From NCBI RefSeq assembly GCF_033153115.1, contig NW_026889757.1:4588001-4652000 (forward strand): a stretch of 64,000 nucleotides of DNA. The letters are read 5' to 3'. The notes under the pieces were generated by a model. It was given only the letters and a program-made list of their open reading frames with translations. It was not told the origin of the DNA and ran no database searches. Of this stretch, positions 14,100 through 28,979 are shown in pieces. The stretch comes from Saccostrea echinata. Taxonomy: Eukaryota. The position numbers were made by a program, and so were the translations under genes. Position 1 is the stretch's first letter. Each line of letters begins with the position of its first letter.

Positions 14100-17000
14100 A
14101 CATTCCGTCCGATGATCTGGCACTGAGGTTATCAAGATATCTTTAGTGATATACTCAGCTACTCGTACCAAGATATCTTTAGTGATATACTCAGCTACTC
14201 GTACTTTTAATGTAATATGATGCAAGTTTGGGATTCAAATGTTGATATCATTGAAGTAACTGGGTTCTTATTTAGCTAATATCAACTTATACTGCTGATA
14301 TAAACTTTCCGTTTGCTTGCTCTGAGGTTGCCAAGATATCTGCAGTAATATCTTTAGCTACTAGTACTTCTTGTGAAATATAATTAATTTTTGGGTAAAA
14401 TATTAGCATCCTTCAAGTAACTAGTTATTTAGAGAGCTGGTATCTACTGATACAGCTAATCAGACATTTCTTCAAGGTTGTCCACATAAAAAATGACTAA
14501 CGATTTACGTTTATCTTTTGTTATCTTTTCAGTTACTATTATATTTCGTGAGGCATACGAAAAGTAAGCGATACAAATATTGACATCATTGAAGTGACTG
14601 GATTCTAACTAAGCTGATATCTACAAGTATTGCTGAGGAAAGCATTCTCTAAGCTTCTCCACATGATCTGGCACTGAAGTTAACAAGATATCTGTAGTAA
14701 TACACTCAGCTACTAGCACTGTTGTGTAATATAATGCAAGTTTGGGATACATATATTGATATCTTTGAAATAACTGGGTTCTTACATAGCTGATAACTAC
14801 TAATATTGCCGATGAAAGCATTCTCTTAGCTTCTCCAAATGATCTGCCACTGAAGTTAACAAGATATTTGTAGTAATATACTCAGCTACTAGCACTTTTT
14901 GTATAATATAATGCAAGTTTGGGATAGAAATGTTGATATCACTGAAGTAAGTGGGTTCTTACATAGCTGATATCTACTAATATTGCTGATGTAAACTTTC
15001 TCTTAGCTTCTCCACGTAATCTGGCACTAAAGTTAACAAGATATCTGTAGTAATATACTCAGCTACTAGCACTTTTTCTGTAATATAATGCAAGTTGGGA
15101 TACAAATGTTGATATCATTGAAGTAAGTGGGTTCTTACATAGATGACATCTACTATTATTGCTGATGTAAACTTTCTCTTAGCTTCTCCACATGACTCGG
15201 CACTTAAGTTACCAAGATATCTGTAGTGATATCTTTAGCTACTAGTACTTCTTGTGAAATATAATTAATTTTTGGGTAAAATATTAGCATCCTTCAAGTA
15301 ACTAGTTATTTAGAGAGCTGGTATCTACTGATACAGCTAATCAGACATTTCTTCAAGGTTGTCCACATAAAAAATGACTAACGATTTACGTTTATCTTTT
15401 GTTATCTTTTCAGCTACTAGTATATTTCGTGAGGCATACGAAAAGTTTGCAATACAAATATTGACATCATTGAAGTGACTGGATTCTAATTAAGCTGATA
15501 TCTATGAGTATTGCTGATGAAAGCATTCTCTTAGCTTCTCCACATGATCTGGCACTGAAGTTAACAAGATATCTGTAGTAATACACTCAGCTACTAGCAC
15601 CTTTTGTGTAATATAATGCAAGATTGGGATAAAGATGTTGATATCATTGAAGTAAGTGGGTTCTTACATAGATGAAATCTACTAATATTGCTGATCCAAA
15701 CTTTCTCTTAGCTGCTCCACATAATCTGGCACTGAAGTTAACAAGATATTTGTAGTAATATACTCAGCTACTAGCACTTTTTGTATAATGTAATGCAAGA
15801 TTAGGATAGAGATGTTGATATCATTGAAGTAACTGGGTTCTTACATAGCTGATATCTACTAATATTGCTGATGTAAACTTTCTCCTTGCTTCTCCACCTG
15901 ATCTGGCACTGAAGTAAACAAGATATCTGTAGTAATATACTCAGCTACTAGCACTTTTTGTGTAATGTAATGTAAGTTTGGGATAGAGATGTTGATATCA
16001 TTGAAGTAACTGGGTTCTTACATAGCCGATATCTACAAGTATTGCTGATGAAAGCATTCTCTTAGCTTCTCCACATGTTTTGCCACTGAAGTTAACAAGA
16101 TATCTGTAGTAATATACTCAGCTACTAGCACTTTTTGTGTAATATAGTGCAAGATTGGGATAGAAATGTTGATTTTATTGAAGTAATTGGGTGTTAACAT
16201 AGATGATATATACTAATATTGCTGATGAAAACTTTCTGTTAGCTTCTCCACATAATCTTGCACTGAAGTTAACAAAATATCTTAGTAATTTACTCAGCTA
16301 CTAGCACTTTTTGTGTAATATAATGCAAGTTTGGGATACAAATGTTGATATCATTGAAGTAAGTGGGTTCTTACATAGCTCATATCTACTAATTATGCTG
16401 ATGTAAACTTTCTCCTAGCTTCTCCACCTGATCTGGCACTGAAGTTAACAAGATATCTGTAGTAATATACTCAGCTACTAGCATTTTTTTGTAATATAAT
16501 GCAAGTTTGGGATACAAATGTTGATATCATTGAAGTAAGTGGGTTCTTACATAGATGATATCTACTAATATTGCTGATGTAAACTTTCTCCTTGCTTCTC
16601 CACCTGATCTGGCTCTGAAGTAAACAAGATATCAGTAGTAATATACTCAGCTACTAGCACTTTTTGTGTAATGTAATGTAAGTTTGGGATAGAGATGTTG
16701 ATATCATTGAAGTAACTGGGTTTTTACATGGCTGATATCTACTAATATTGCTGATGTAAACTTTCTCTTAGCTTCTCCACATGTTTTGCCACTGAAGTTA
16801 ACAAGATATCTGTAGTAATATACTCAGCTACTAGCACTTTTTGTGTAATATAATGCAAGTTTGGGATAAAGATGTTGATATCATTGAAGTAAGTGGGTTC
16901 TTACATAGCTGATATCAACTAATATTGCTGATGTAAACTTTCTCCTAGCTTCTCCACCTGATCTGGCACTGAAGTTAACAAGATATCTGAAGTAATATAC

Positions 17001-18470
17001 TCAGCTACTAGCACTTTTTGTGTAATATAATACAAGGATTAGGATAGAGATGTTGATATCATTGAAGTAACTGGGTTCTTAGATAGCTGATATCTACTAA
17101 TATTGCTGATGTAAACTTTCTCCTTGCTTCTCCACATGATCTGGAACTGAAGTAAACAAGATATCTGTAGTAATATACTCAGCTACTAGCACTTTTTGTG
17201 TAATAAAATGCAAGTTTGGGATACAAATATTGATATCATTGAAGTAACTGGGTTTTTACATGGCTGATATCTACTAATATTGCTGATGCAAACTTTCTCT
17301 TAGCTTCTCCACATGTTTTGCCACTGAAGTAAACAAGATATCTGTAGTAATATACTCAGCTACTAGCACTTTTTGTGTAATGTAATGCAAGTTTGGGATA
17401 GAGATGTTGATATCATTGAAGTAAGTGGGTTCTTACATAGCTGATATCTACTAATTATGCTGATGAAAGCATTCTCTTAGCTTCTCCACCTGATCTGGAA
17501 CTGAAGTAAACAAGATATCTGTAGTAATATACACAGCTACTAGCACTTTTTGTGTAAAGTAATACAACATTGGGATAGAGATGTTGATATCATTGAAGTA
17601 ACTTGGTTTTAACATAGCTGATATCTACTAATATTACTGATATAAACGTTCCACTAGCTTCTCCACATGATTTGGCACTGAAGTAAACAAGATATCTGTA
17701 GTTATATACTCAGCTACTAGCACTTTTTGTGTAATATAATGCAAGTTTGGGAAACAAATGTTGATTTTATTGAAGTAAGTGGTTTCTTACATAGCTGATA
17801 TCTACTAATATTGCTGATATAAACTTCCTGTTTGGTTCTCCACATTATACTGCACTGAAGTTGCCCGGATATCTGTAGTGATATCCTCAGCTACTACAGC
17901 GTTTTGTGACATATAAATCACTTTTTTCGTAAAATGTTATAAGCCTCCACGTAGCTGGGTATTTAGAGAGCTGTTATCTACTGATACAGCTATTAAATTT
18001 TTTTTCAAGGTATACCCCATTATAATTGACTAACCTTTTACGTCTATCTTTTGTCTACTTTTCATTTACTTGTACATTTCGTGAGATATACGTAAAGTCT
18101 GCATTACAAATGTTAACATCCTTGACGTGACTGGGTTCTTACTAAGCTGATATCTACCAGTATTGCTGATGTAAATATCATCTTAGCTTCTCCACATGAT
18201 CTGGCACTGAAGTAACCAAGATATCTGTAGTAATATACTCAGCTACTAGTACATTTCTTGAAACACGTGTGAAGTTTGCGATAAAAATGTTAACATCGTG
18301 GAAGTAACGTGGTTCTTACTAAATTGATATCTACTAATATTGCTAATGTAAACTTTCTCTTAGCTTCTCCACATAATTTGGCATTAAGGTTACTAAGATA
18401 TATGTAGTGATATCTTCAATTTCTAGTAAATTTTGCAATATATGAATTAAGTTTTAGGCAAAACTGTTAA
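14100..18470 (+). repeat. Left inner-arm satellite array, 176-177-bp units (~24 units)
   Basis: ttctccac… recurs at 14655, 14831, 15008, 15184, 15536, 15713, 15890 etc. Variant units occur near 14340-14560, 15230-15440 and 17880-18100. Confidence 0.92.
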
Positions 18471-20068
18471 GGTTTGCATTTTCAACATAATGGCATCTTT
18501 AATGTTTTCAAAGGTACTCTCTTTAGGGAGTTAAGGACTGTTACAATTGAACGAGCTTGCGAGTGCATTGACAGCCACCGAGTGCCAATATTCACCAAGT
18601 TCAGTTTGAATTTAAGTTCAATAACTCCCTTAATATAGAGCTAATACATTTTCCCATCGATTTATATTAATTATTTTAATTAAATAACTCAAAATTAATG
18701 AGGATTATTCAGTGTCGATATTTACATTGAAACTGTGGAATACCAGCATCTGCACTGACAAGTATTCCAATGACACTGCCAAGCCTATGATTTAATAAAA
18801 AGGGTTTTTATTGAGGCTTACATGTACAAAATTATTAAATCATAATTTCGATTTTGTCTGAAAATAGATACATCTTAACTAGCTGTCACTTCCAATGTTG
18901 GGCGATATTGAACACTCGGCCTCGGAATGTTTCGGAACTCAGCCTTCAAGAAAACGCGAAGTAGTTTTTCATTATAGACTATTTATTAGCTATATTATTA
19001 ATAATTAAAAATAATAATTATTGAACTAATAACATTTTTTAAATACTAGGTATTTTGACAAATAAATCTCCATATCATGCTGACATAATTATTTTTATAG
19101 ACCTTCGATCCACATGACACATCGCTGAAGTTACTTTAGATGTATCAATAAAAATGTCACTTGAGCTACGTAGATTTGTCTTGTGATTTTGCTATCTACG
19201 ACTTTTTATCTACATGAAATATCAAACTGATCACTTTTATATCTCTTAGTAACAATTCATCATGTTTTAGCAATATGTTTTGCCATCGTTTTCTCGCGTA
19301 TTATTTTTCAATAGATGTAGACCAAAGGTACAATTTAAAAAAAAAGAAAGAATGTTTTTAATGACTACTTCGTAAAATATGTTTTTTGTATGTAGAATTT
19401 GTCACAAATAAAATAAAAATAAATCAAAGCGAAATATTAAACATGTATTTTTTACTTTTATTTATTATCATAAAAATTTGGTTTGTCTCAGAAAATTCTT
19501 TTTTGTTCGATCTCACTGTCTTTTAATTGGTATTTTGATTGAATCTCAAAAAGTAAATGATTGTATAGCCGATTACCGTATATTTAATAAATGAGATGAA
19601 ATCAGATTTTAGTGTTTAGATACTGAAAACACAATGTGCAATTGCCAGAATAAAAAAAATAAAATAAGATAAAAGAAAACCTTTGTAAATTAACCATTTA
19701 CAGAACTGTCATTTTCAAAAGTTGGCAAAGCTTCACCATTCTGGTTTCACATTATTAAAAATTATCAACAACTCGAACATGAGTTGTCCTCTGTTGTAAT
19801 GTAACAAAAAAGGCTCCAGCATGGGTGTTTTCATAACCTCGAGGTTAATATCTGCTTTGTTTATGCACAATTTTATTTTGAGCAGCCTCTTTTGGGTCGC
19901 TTGACATAGCAATCCGTGCTGTATTACTCCTAGGATGGAGTCAAGAATCTCAGAATGGAACAAAAGTCTTAGGAAATTGGGAAACGAGTGAGTATATTTT
20001 AAAATATTTAAAATAATACCTTCTTTTCTTTTATCACTCTCTCTCTGTCTTTCTCTCTTAAAATAATA

Positions 20069-20117
<49 letters not shown>

Positions 20118-21002
20118 CTTTTTTGCTCTTCTCACATTACACTTTTCAAGATTCAAATTGTAACAATTTACTAAAAAATATTTTTTAAATAATACTATTT
20201 TTCTCAATTTTAATCCCCCCCCCCCCCCAAAGAGACTTGTAAACCTAAATAAATAAATAAATAAAATACTGATTAAATGTGAACAAAAAAATTCAGGTCT
20301 TCATCTCATACTTGCTTTACTTATATTATCTGTAACAGTTCCATCACTGTTCAAGCATACAAGTAAATCACACCCAATTTTCTCGCTGGCAGAAATTTGA
20401 TATCAGTGTCTAGCCGATATATTGATGTCAGATTTATTATTTTAACCCTTCACTGCCGCTGAACATTGTTTAATAAAATTACTAGAAACTGCACCCTGTT
20501 AGAAATATCTTGAATTAGCATTTGTCATTTAATAATCATTCCTTAGGTCATACAGGCTACGGATGTAGTTTGGACTGAGTTTTTAAAATTGAGTGAGAGA
20601 GAGAGAGATACATGTAGAGAGAAAGAGAACAATTACCGTTAAGAAACTGGAACTTTTTTGAAAGGAAGAGAAGGCAGAGAAAAAAAACCATGCCCGTAGC
20701 GTCCGAGACGTTTTTTAAAGGGTGTGTGTGGGGGTGGGGGTGGGGACTATATATTAATAAAAAACCTAAGATTAAAAAAAAAGGAGAAAAAAAATGTGAA
20801 AATACAATTTAATGTTAGAGATATGCTTTTATTGTGTGACTCTGGAACTATGCTACGAACTTTCATACCCACAGAAAGCGCAAAAGAAAGCATTTTATTG
20901 TTTACGTCTCATTCTAGTTGTGATTTATAACTATTCCTACCATTTTTAATTGCTGCACATTTGTTACGAAAACATCGCAGCCAGGTTAAGGATGCCCATG
21001 GA

Positions 21003-22185
21003 AAATAAAGTACCCCGCCACAGCATGATACGCCCGTCAAATATTGTTCAATTATCATAAACAGTTTAGAGTGCAAGAAAATCATGTTAACCTTGATACA
21101 AAGATTTCAATGATTATTTATTCCTTATAATGTTTGATGTACATACATCTCCTGTGGTGTAGGTATTTATTATAACAAATGATACATATATTTCTCAAAT
21201 GGTTGTATTAGAGCTTAACAAATGCCCATCTATAGCTTTGTTTATTATATATTTTATGATTAATTAACAATGCTAGAGCCTAATAAAACATCAAAACAAA
21301 TTTATTTTTATTCTTAATTTTAGTCTATAAAATTGACATCTTAGTGAGACATGACACTCTGCAATTTGTTGTAAAAGATATGAAAATTTAAATAAAAAAT
21401 ATTAATATACAATATCAAATTAGTTTTAATTATATTAAGCAATATCAAATTAGTTTTAATTATTTTACACGAAATTTATCTTGAAAATTAGGCTAGCCAA
21501 AATGAAATATTTAATCCTTGCCCAATTCCCAAGAGATATAGATAACACCTGCTTGATCAGAGAGGCTCTACCAGTAAACTCATTAATTTCTCTGTAATTT
21601 GACATGCAATTTTCTGTCATCAAAATTCTCCATGACCAGTGCTTGATAATTACACCCATGAGAGAGGTGGAGTTTCCCTTTTAACATTGCATTTGTTATA
21701 GGTTGCTGTAAAGTATATAATGAAAAAGAAAGTATTTTCTTGATTTAACATTTTTTAATAAAGATACAGCAATACTCTTACATTTTTTGGGATTGTGTGA
21801 TTTATATGAGACATACTTTTTTTCAATTAAATTTAAGGTCACAGTGACCTTGAAGTAGGGTGCGACACATCCTCTTCCTAAGATGCATTAACTGGCCAAG
21901 TTTGATGATTCTAGGTCTAATAGTTTTCTAGTTATGAGTCTGGCAGAATTTTTCCATATTTGGCCATAGCATCTTAATTAAAGGTCAGAGCGACCTACTT
22001 TTAATGTGCGACACGCCTTCTACCCAAGATGTATTAGCTGACAAAGTTCGATAATTCTAGGCCTAATAGTATTAAAGTTATCAGCCGGACACGAAAAAGC
22101 TAACAGACGGACGGACGTTTGGACGGACGGACGGACATGAAGAACATAACAAAATACGTTCCGTCTTTAAACAGGCGTATAAAAA
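21003..22185 (+). mobile_element. Helentron-type non-autonomous element nested in the giant transposon
   Basis: 5' gtaccccgccacagcatgatacgcccgtc, a (GACG)n tract, and 3' tacgttccgtctttaaacaggcgtat plus an A-run. atacgcccgt and acaggcgtat are inverted. Confidence 0.65.
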
Positions 22186-23380
22186 CACCGAACAATATTC
22201 CGAAAAAATTAATACAATGTTAGTTTTTTAAAGCATGAATTTTGGTGACTGGAAATTGAGCTATTTACATTTTGTATATCGAGTCTCTGCTAAGTTCGGC
22301 CAAAGCTCAGCTTTAATTAAATGTCACATGAGAGGTTTAAGTTTAGAAAATAAAGGTACCGCTACAAAGATCGTAAAATTTCAAAGATATACGGATATCT
22401 TTTTGCAATACAATTTTTTCTGTTTTCTTTGAAACAAATTTCTTAACATATGAAAAGTGCCGTGACAAATTCTCATGCTACGATAATAGCTTGATACACG
22501 CTTGATCCATGCCTTAAGTACAGACTGAGGGCGAACTTGTTTCAGATGTCCGGACGATGACCTGGTTCACTTTTATCACATGACATAATGTCCTGGTTAG
22601 TGTAGTTGAAACGGCTGGAAAATGTCTCCTACTGTTATCGGTGCTGTTGCAGTAATAAATAATTTTCTTTTGAACTGACGAGGACAACGATTTAATGGAT
22701 ATTTTTGCATTTTAATATTTACTAGATCAATTCAATGGACAATCTCTTAATTTGGAGCACATGGCATCGTTACAAACAGAACTGAAAAATGACTTTAAAA
22801 TTAAAAAAAGAAAAATAAGTGTTGGTTGTGCAAATATAAACAAGCATGTAGTAAAAATTACTTTTTACCTCATTACTGTATCTTTATTGAAGCTGAAACT
22901 ACTGCAAATGATAACAAACGGATATTTAACCATCAAGAAAATAAATTTCTATCTCCGATTTCCACCATATTGCTTTTCATCTGCCCGCTCGAATTTTTTC
23001 GGGCGATCCGGGCTACTTTCTGACCGCCAGACGGCTTAAAATATTTGAAACAAGTTGCTTCCCCCTTTCCAGAAGTATACACCGGCCCGGCATATGAAAC
23101 AAGTGCGCCCAGAGCAACTGTCTGTCAAACTAAGAAGTGACGTCATCTCAGTAAGTACAGCGAGGTCAGGCTGCCTATATCTACATTCGCTTAGAGCTAT
23201 TATGGCAAGATAAGTTACACATTTATCTTTACAATATGTATGAGAATTTTGAGTGTGTTTATAAAAAAACATATATTATACCTATTTATTCATCGAGATT
23301 CATTTGTATTGTTTCAACGTGACGTCACGATATGCTTTCCCGAAGCTCTTCATAGGCTAGCGTAAGTATGGGAGTCCTTA

Positions 23381-24676
23381 GGGCCCTGTCACACCAAGCT
23401 GTGTCCACACGGAGTTATTACGGCGTTTTAAAAATTTAAAAATCGCAGTGGGATCGTAGGGAAATTGCACAAATTTCTGTAAAATTTTTACAATGTGAAG
23501 ATGTCACGGCGTCCCTACGGCGACCCACGCGTTTCTACGGCGTTCTCGCGGCGTGCTACTGCGTTCCCACGATCTCTTCGCGATAGACTGCGCTTCCGCG
23601 GAGCTTTTACGGCGTGTTAGGAGTTGTCACCTCGCGTTCACGGCGTTCTCACTGCGCTGGCTGCGTTCACAATACGTTCACAATGCGTTCTTCACTATGG
23701 ATATATATTCAGAAGGAGTGTAACACATTTTTTTGGAAAGATTCGAGTCACATGACGAAAAGACTTCTACTTATGCCAAGAAATATTCTTTAATTAAAAA
23801 TGATCTATTTCAATAATTTAGTACTAATTTACTGTAAGTTTTATAATTAAAACCCTTCTTTTTTCAATTATATCAATTCAGATATGTTTTTTCTTTGATT
23901 TTATTATGAATGTAAAAAATAAACACACTGAAAAGTTGTTATAAAATTTAAGTAATTCTATCGCAACTCCACTGAAACAACAGAACAAGTTCTGGTGTAA
24001 TTTTAACTTCCCAATTCTACCCCCATGCTCCTGGCCAGGAGTGCAACAAATACGTTAGTACTCCCATGCTCCTGGCCAGGAGTGCAACAAATACATTAGA
24101 ATTATTGCTGATCAAATATGAGGCCATTGCTCTTGTTTTGTAAGCTGGATGACAACGCTCTAACAACGCCGTGAAAGCGCATTGTGATCGCCAACGGACG
24201 AGGTAGAAACGCCAAGGGAGCGCAATGATCGCAGTGACAACTCCTTGTTGTCGATATGTAATCGCAGTCAAGACAATTAATCTTATTAGAAGCGCCGTAA
24301 AAGCGCGAGAGAAACACAGTGACATCTCCAAGGACTCCGCGAGGTCTCCGTGGAAGTGCAGTCTACTATCACTGCGTTCGTGCTGCGATCATGTGCGTCT
24401 TCACGGCGTGCGTACGGAGCTCCCACTGCGTTGTTGGAGATCTCACCGGTCTACTACGGCAATCATACTACGTTTCTACTTCGTTCTTATCAGACGGCGA
24501 TCACACGGCGCGTACTTTGTGCATGCGTTCTAGGAGACCCTACGCGACCCTACCACGTTCAGTGGCGATCTCGCCGCGTTGTCACGGCGCTGTAGGAGAC
24601 TCTACTGCGCTCACCTCGGCGTTTTGCATTTTTTATGGGATCGCCGTGAGGACGCAGTCCCGGTGTGACAGGGGTT
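23381..24676. mobile_element. PIF/Harbinger-type non-autonomous element
   Basis: TIR ccctgtcacacc / ggtgtgacaggg, TTA/TAA flanks and GC-rich subterminal cggcg repeats. Confidence 0.75.
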
Positions 24677-27140
24677 TAACCTAGCTGTGATTGGACTAGG
24701 AGAAAATGATACGCAATAAAAATCTTTTTCTTCTCAAGAAAATTTGATATCACTGCTAAATGGTNNNNNNNNNNNNNNNNNNNNNNNNNNNNNNNNNNNN
24801 NNNNNNNNNNNNNNNNNNNNNNNNNNNNNNNNNNNNNNNNNNNNNNNNNNNNNNNNNNNNNNNNNNNNNNNNNNNNNNNNNNNNNNNNNNNNNNNNNNNN
24901 NNNTTCGAATATTCATTCGATGAGTTGATATTCGAATATGAAATTAAGATTCGAATATTCGGTATTTTTCAGATTTCATAAAAAGAAGTACTGTGATTAT
25001 TAAATTTTGATTAGAACAGTGCTGGAATTATCCCTGTTTAATTTACTAGCGATCAATTTCGATCGCCTGATTTCTTTCACTACTTTCTTATCTTATAGAA
25101 TTACTAAATTACATGGATTTTGTTTTGAGTGAGGTGTTAAAAAATTGTACAATAATGCTTTGTGTATAATACGAAACGTACTTTCATAGTTTTTATTACT
25201 TAAATACGATCGGGTCTAAAATCGAGGACAACAAACTGAAAACCTTCTTAGAATTTCTAAAAGACGTGAAGAGTATACTTATCGAAACAAATTTAATTGA
25301 TCATTCAAATGAATGTCCACTGTAATTAATTTTGTAAAGGGCTCAATTTCAGATTAAATAATTATATCTTGGGTTGTATATAATCCTGAATTTTATATTC
25401 ATTATCGGGAAATTAATTAATTATCTAGGAAAATTGTCTATGGAAATATTTGTTTATATTTTGAAAACATTGTATCAAAGATTATAATCATATCTATTAT
25501 TAGGCAGATAATTGTAATTCATTACACGTATTGAAATCTGAACAGTATACCGTAACGACTATATCTTGCCTTTGGTAAGACGACTGATTCCTCAGTTGGA
25601 GATACTATACATATGTTTCATTTGTTAAAATTATAAAATTATATATCAGATGGAATTTCTTATTGTACACCCTTCATACAATTTACTTCCAATATAAGTA
25701 TACCTTACGCTAAACCTTTCGTGAGAGTAGGATGATGCATATTTAAGATAAAACAGATTTTATTTATTTTATCGAATATTCGAATATATTCGAATACTTT
25801 CATTGAATATTCGAATATGAATTATTGNNNNNNNNNNNNNNNNNNNNNNNNNNNNNNNNNNNNNNNNNNNNNNNNNNNNNNNNNNNNNNNNNNNNNNNNN
25901 NNNNNNNNNNNNNNNNNNNNNNNNNNNNNNNNNNNNNNNNNNNNNNNNNNNNNNNNNNNNNNNNNNNNNGGGAGGGGGTTATTAAAAGTATATACTGAAG
26001 CAAATAAAAAATAGCTTTTGACACCACCACCCCACGTAGACACCACCACCACGAATTTTTTTTTTTCACGTTTGGGAAATGGATTTTAATTTTTTCTGGG
26101 TTGGAAATTTTTTTGACTGGGGTGGAACCCAACATTACTGGATCCGCGACTGAGAAAAGACAACTGTCTTGATTTATCATTCCAAAACATCAAAATCGTA
26201 ATCCGCGAAAGGAGTCCGCTGAACTTTCCTACTGCAGTATGCTTTAGACAAAAATATGGATAGTTCCCTGCTTCCCATCCTTTTTAGTACGAGCCTGCAT
26301 TATCCGAATAATGCAATAATCTCTTCTCCTTATTCAAAAAAATGAGTAACGGGATGACGGTCACTCTGTACCATCGGCTCATACATTCACGTGTCTGAGA
26401 GAGAATCGAACGACAACTCTGCATAGGAGATTGGATGACGGTCTCAAACTTGGCAAATGAACAGCGCAAATAGATGTAAAAACATTCCTTTTCTTTGTAA
26501 TATTGTTTTTCAATTGAAACGCTTAAATAATTCTTTAAGAATGAACATCACACTATAACGTCATATATATTTTAATTTTTTAGAATATATTTATAAAACG
26601 AAGATTTACCTTTCATCTCCTCTAATATGCTTGTAATATCTGTAAATTTTTATTCATTTAAAAGGTAAAATCATAGATTTTTTTTTCCACAATTAAAGTT
26701 AATTTTCACTCTTACACTTTACTTACTTTTAAAAAAATCGACCTTACAGTTTTAACAAGTTCCCTTATTGCACACATTGTCGCATTTACTTGATCGACGA
26801 GTATTTTATAGTGTACTATATATAGAGAATAATACATGGCAAAATCTGTACCACACCCCACATCAACCTGAGACTCGAGGGCCGAAGGCCATAGGTATGA
26901 TACAGAATTTGTCATGTATTCTTGTTTTTATTATATATCTGAAAATAGTGTCAAAGATCATATATAAACTTGTAAATTAATTAATGAATTTTTAATAATT
27001 GGATGTGTTCTGTTTTTGTTGAATTTCTCTTTCTCATTATTTTTTCCAAAGGCAATGCATACAATGATAAGAAATGAAATAATAGTAAATTAAACAAATT
27101 ATTTTAAATAACATAAAATATCAGATGAAAATTACAAATG

Positions 27141-28230
27141 ACAAGCTAATTCAGAGAATTTGTGTCCCCCGCTTAGGGAAAAAAGAAGAGCATGCGCAGT
27201 TCTAGGGGGACCCCCCCCCCCCTCTTGGATATGTAGAATTATTAAATGTATACATGTATATTGAAGCAAATAAAAAATGCCAGTATAGATATAAAGAAAT
27301 GACTGTTTATTCTTTAATATGTGTACAGAAGATTATTTTTATATAGAATATTTATCACACTGTAATAATGGTTTTATGAGTTTGTACACGCCAGACGTCA
27401 TAACTTTTTCATTTCACACGTTGAATACTATCATCTAGTAAATCGTCCGGGATTTAAACCCGGGACCTCTCACTTGCTAAGCAAGAATCATACTCCTAGA
27501 CCACGGAGGCACTTAATTAAACTGTAAATTAAATGCAAACATTAGGTCACATATAATGTTTATATTCACGTTCGATATTGTCAAAATTTTAAACAATACA
27601 TGGTTTCTAATTTAACCTTGACTAAACAGTTCTAATAGATGTAATTAGAATATAAAGTCCGCCGACAACCTGTATTATACGTAATACCTCTCCACATGCC
27701 CCTGTGCTAAAAATAGTGCCAAGCGACTTTTAATACAATGAATAAAAAAAGGGCGGGACACTTTGAGAGGGGCGAGAGAGGCCATAGGGAGTTATGGTTT
27801 CATTGCAAGAGCTTCTTGAGATATCGCCCGAAAACGAAAGTGTTACACACAGAATGTATGAATTTATGACGTAGAACCTTTACCTTTTGGCCACAAAATC
27901 AGTAGGGTTCTTTCTTAGGCCACAGGGAGTTAAAAACGTTGTTATGTAAGATTTCATTGTAAAAGCTCAAAGGATTCTCCAGATATCGCGCGGAAATGAA
28001 AGTATTAAAACAGACAAAATTTATTACCTTGACCTTTGACCTCAAAATCAATAGGGTTCTTTTTTAGGCCATAGGGAGTTGCTATGCAAAATTTCATTGC
28101 GAAAGCTCAAAGGTTCTCGAGATATCGCGCGGAAACGAGAGTGTTAAAGAAAGGCCGAAATACAGACAGACGGACGGACACACAGACCCAAATTAATATC
28201 CCCCACTTTCAGTGAAAGCGGGAAACAACA
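27141..28230 (+). mobile_element. Helentron-type element carrying a tRNA-Pro remnant and ~145-bp tandem units (copy 1)
   Basis: 5' acaagctaattcagagaatttgtgtcccccgc and 3' hairpin cccccactttcagtgaaagcggg. It is co-linear with the reverse complement of 40486-41654. Confidence 0.8.
27439..27510 (-). pseudogene. tRNA-Pro-derived sequence (degenerate)
   Basis: The minus strand reads gcctccgtggtctaggagtatgattcttgcttagcaagtgagaggtcccgggtttaaatcccggacga, matching the eukaryotic tRNA-Pro layout with mutations. Confidence 0.75.
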
Positions 28231-28240
28231 ATTTGAATAA

Positions 28241-28979
28241 AGGAGATGGGTGAACATGACGAGCGATAAGCCTATAATGTGACAAACATGAGGGTGAAAA
28301 ATTGAATTTCAATAATATCAAAATTTTCCTTGAAATTTCGTCTAACATAAAAAATATACTTTATGTAAAATCTCTACAATTTGCAAAAATCTCGCAAAGA
28401 TTGAAATTATTTGCCTGTGAAATATTAGACACACACAAAAGCGGGCTAAAAGAGTCATTTTCTCATACTATAATACTATTTTTCGATATGAGTGGGTCTT
28501 CGCTCCACCTTTTTGAAAGTTAATCCTCAAAGTTTGCATAAAAATATACATTTTTTGGTTATCAAAAATATGGAGCAATGACCCACTATACATTAAAAAT
28601 ATACTTTTATGACATAACATTTGCAGCTTTTCGAGAAATACTTGAAGTCCATTAAGTCAAGGTTCATATCACAAACATGATTTAAATGCCGCACTTCATC
28701 AGGACTTGTGTAGTCTAGTGGTTAGCGTGCTAGTCTCGAAAGAAAATGATACTCAGGATTTTTATTGCTAGGGTTCGAACCACACGAATATCACATCAAT
28801 TTTTTTAATAAAAGAATAAATTTTGCCGAGAAAATTTTCCTCAGAAAAGTTTTGTTTATCATAATTTCATAAATTTCAATAATGAGAACTTTACTCTAAA
28901 TACAAAATTCACAAACTGAACATGATTTTTATATATCTAAAACTATAGGCTTTCTGCACGCTATGTTCGTCCATCTCCT
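28241..28979. mobile_element. Kolobok-like non-autonomous DNA transposon
   Basis: TIR aggagatgggtgaacat…aagcctata / tataggctt…atgttcgtccatctcct, with degenerate TTAA-like flanks. Confidence 0.6.

Noticed and set aside
14100-18470. CRISPR-like array or repeat-protein gene (177 = 59 codons)
   Set aside because: Units are similar along their whole length with no unique spacers, and the ORF track shows no long ORF through the array.
24017-24684. Several overlapping 70-120 aa ORFs
   Set aside because: They lie in the GC-rich subterminal repeats of a Harbinger-type element and show no recognisable motifs.
24734-26180. ORFs with X runs, and a possible MITE with ttcgaatatt repeats between the gaps
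   Set aside because: The ORFs are artefacts of N gaps. The element termini fall inside the gaps and cannot be defined.
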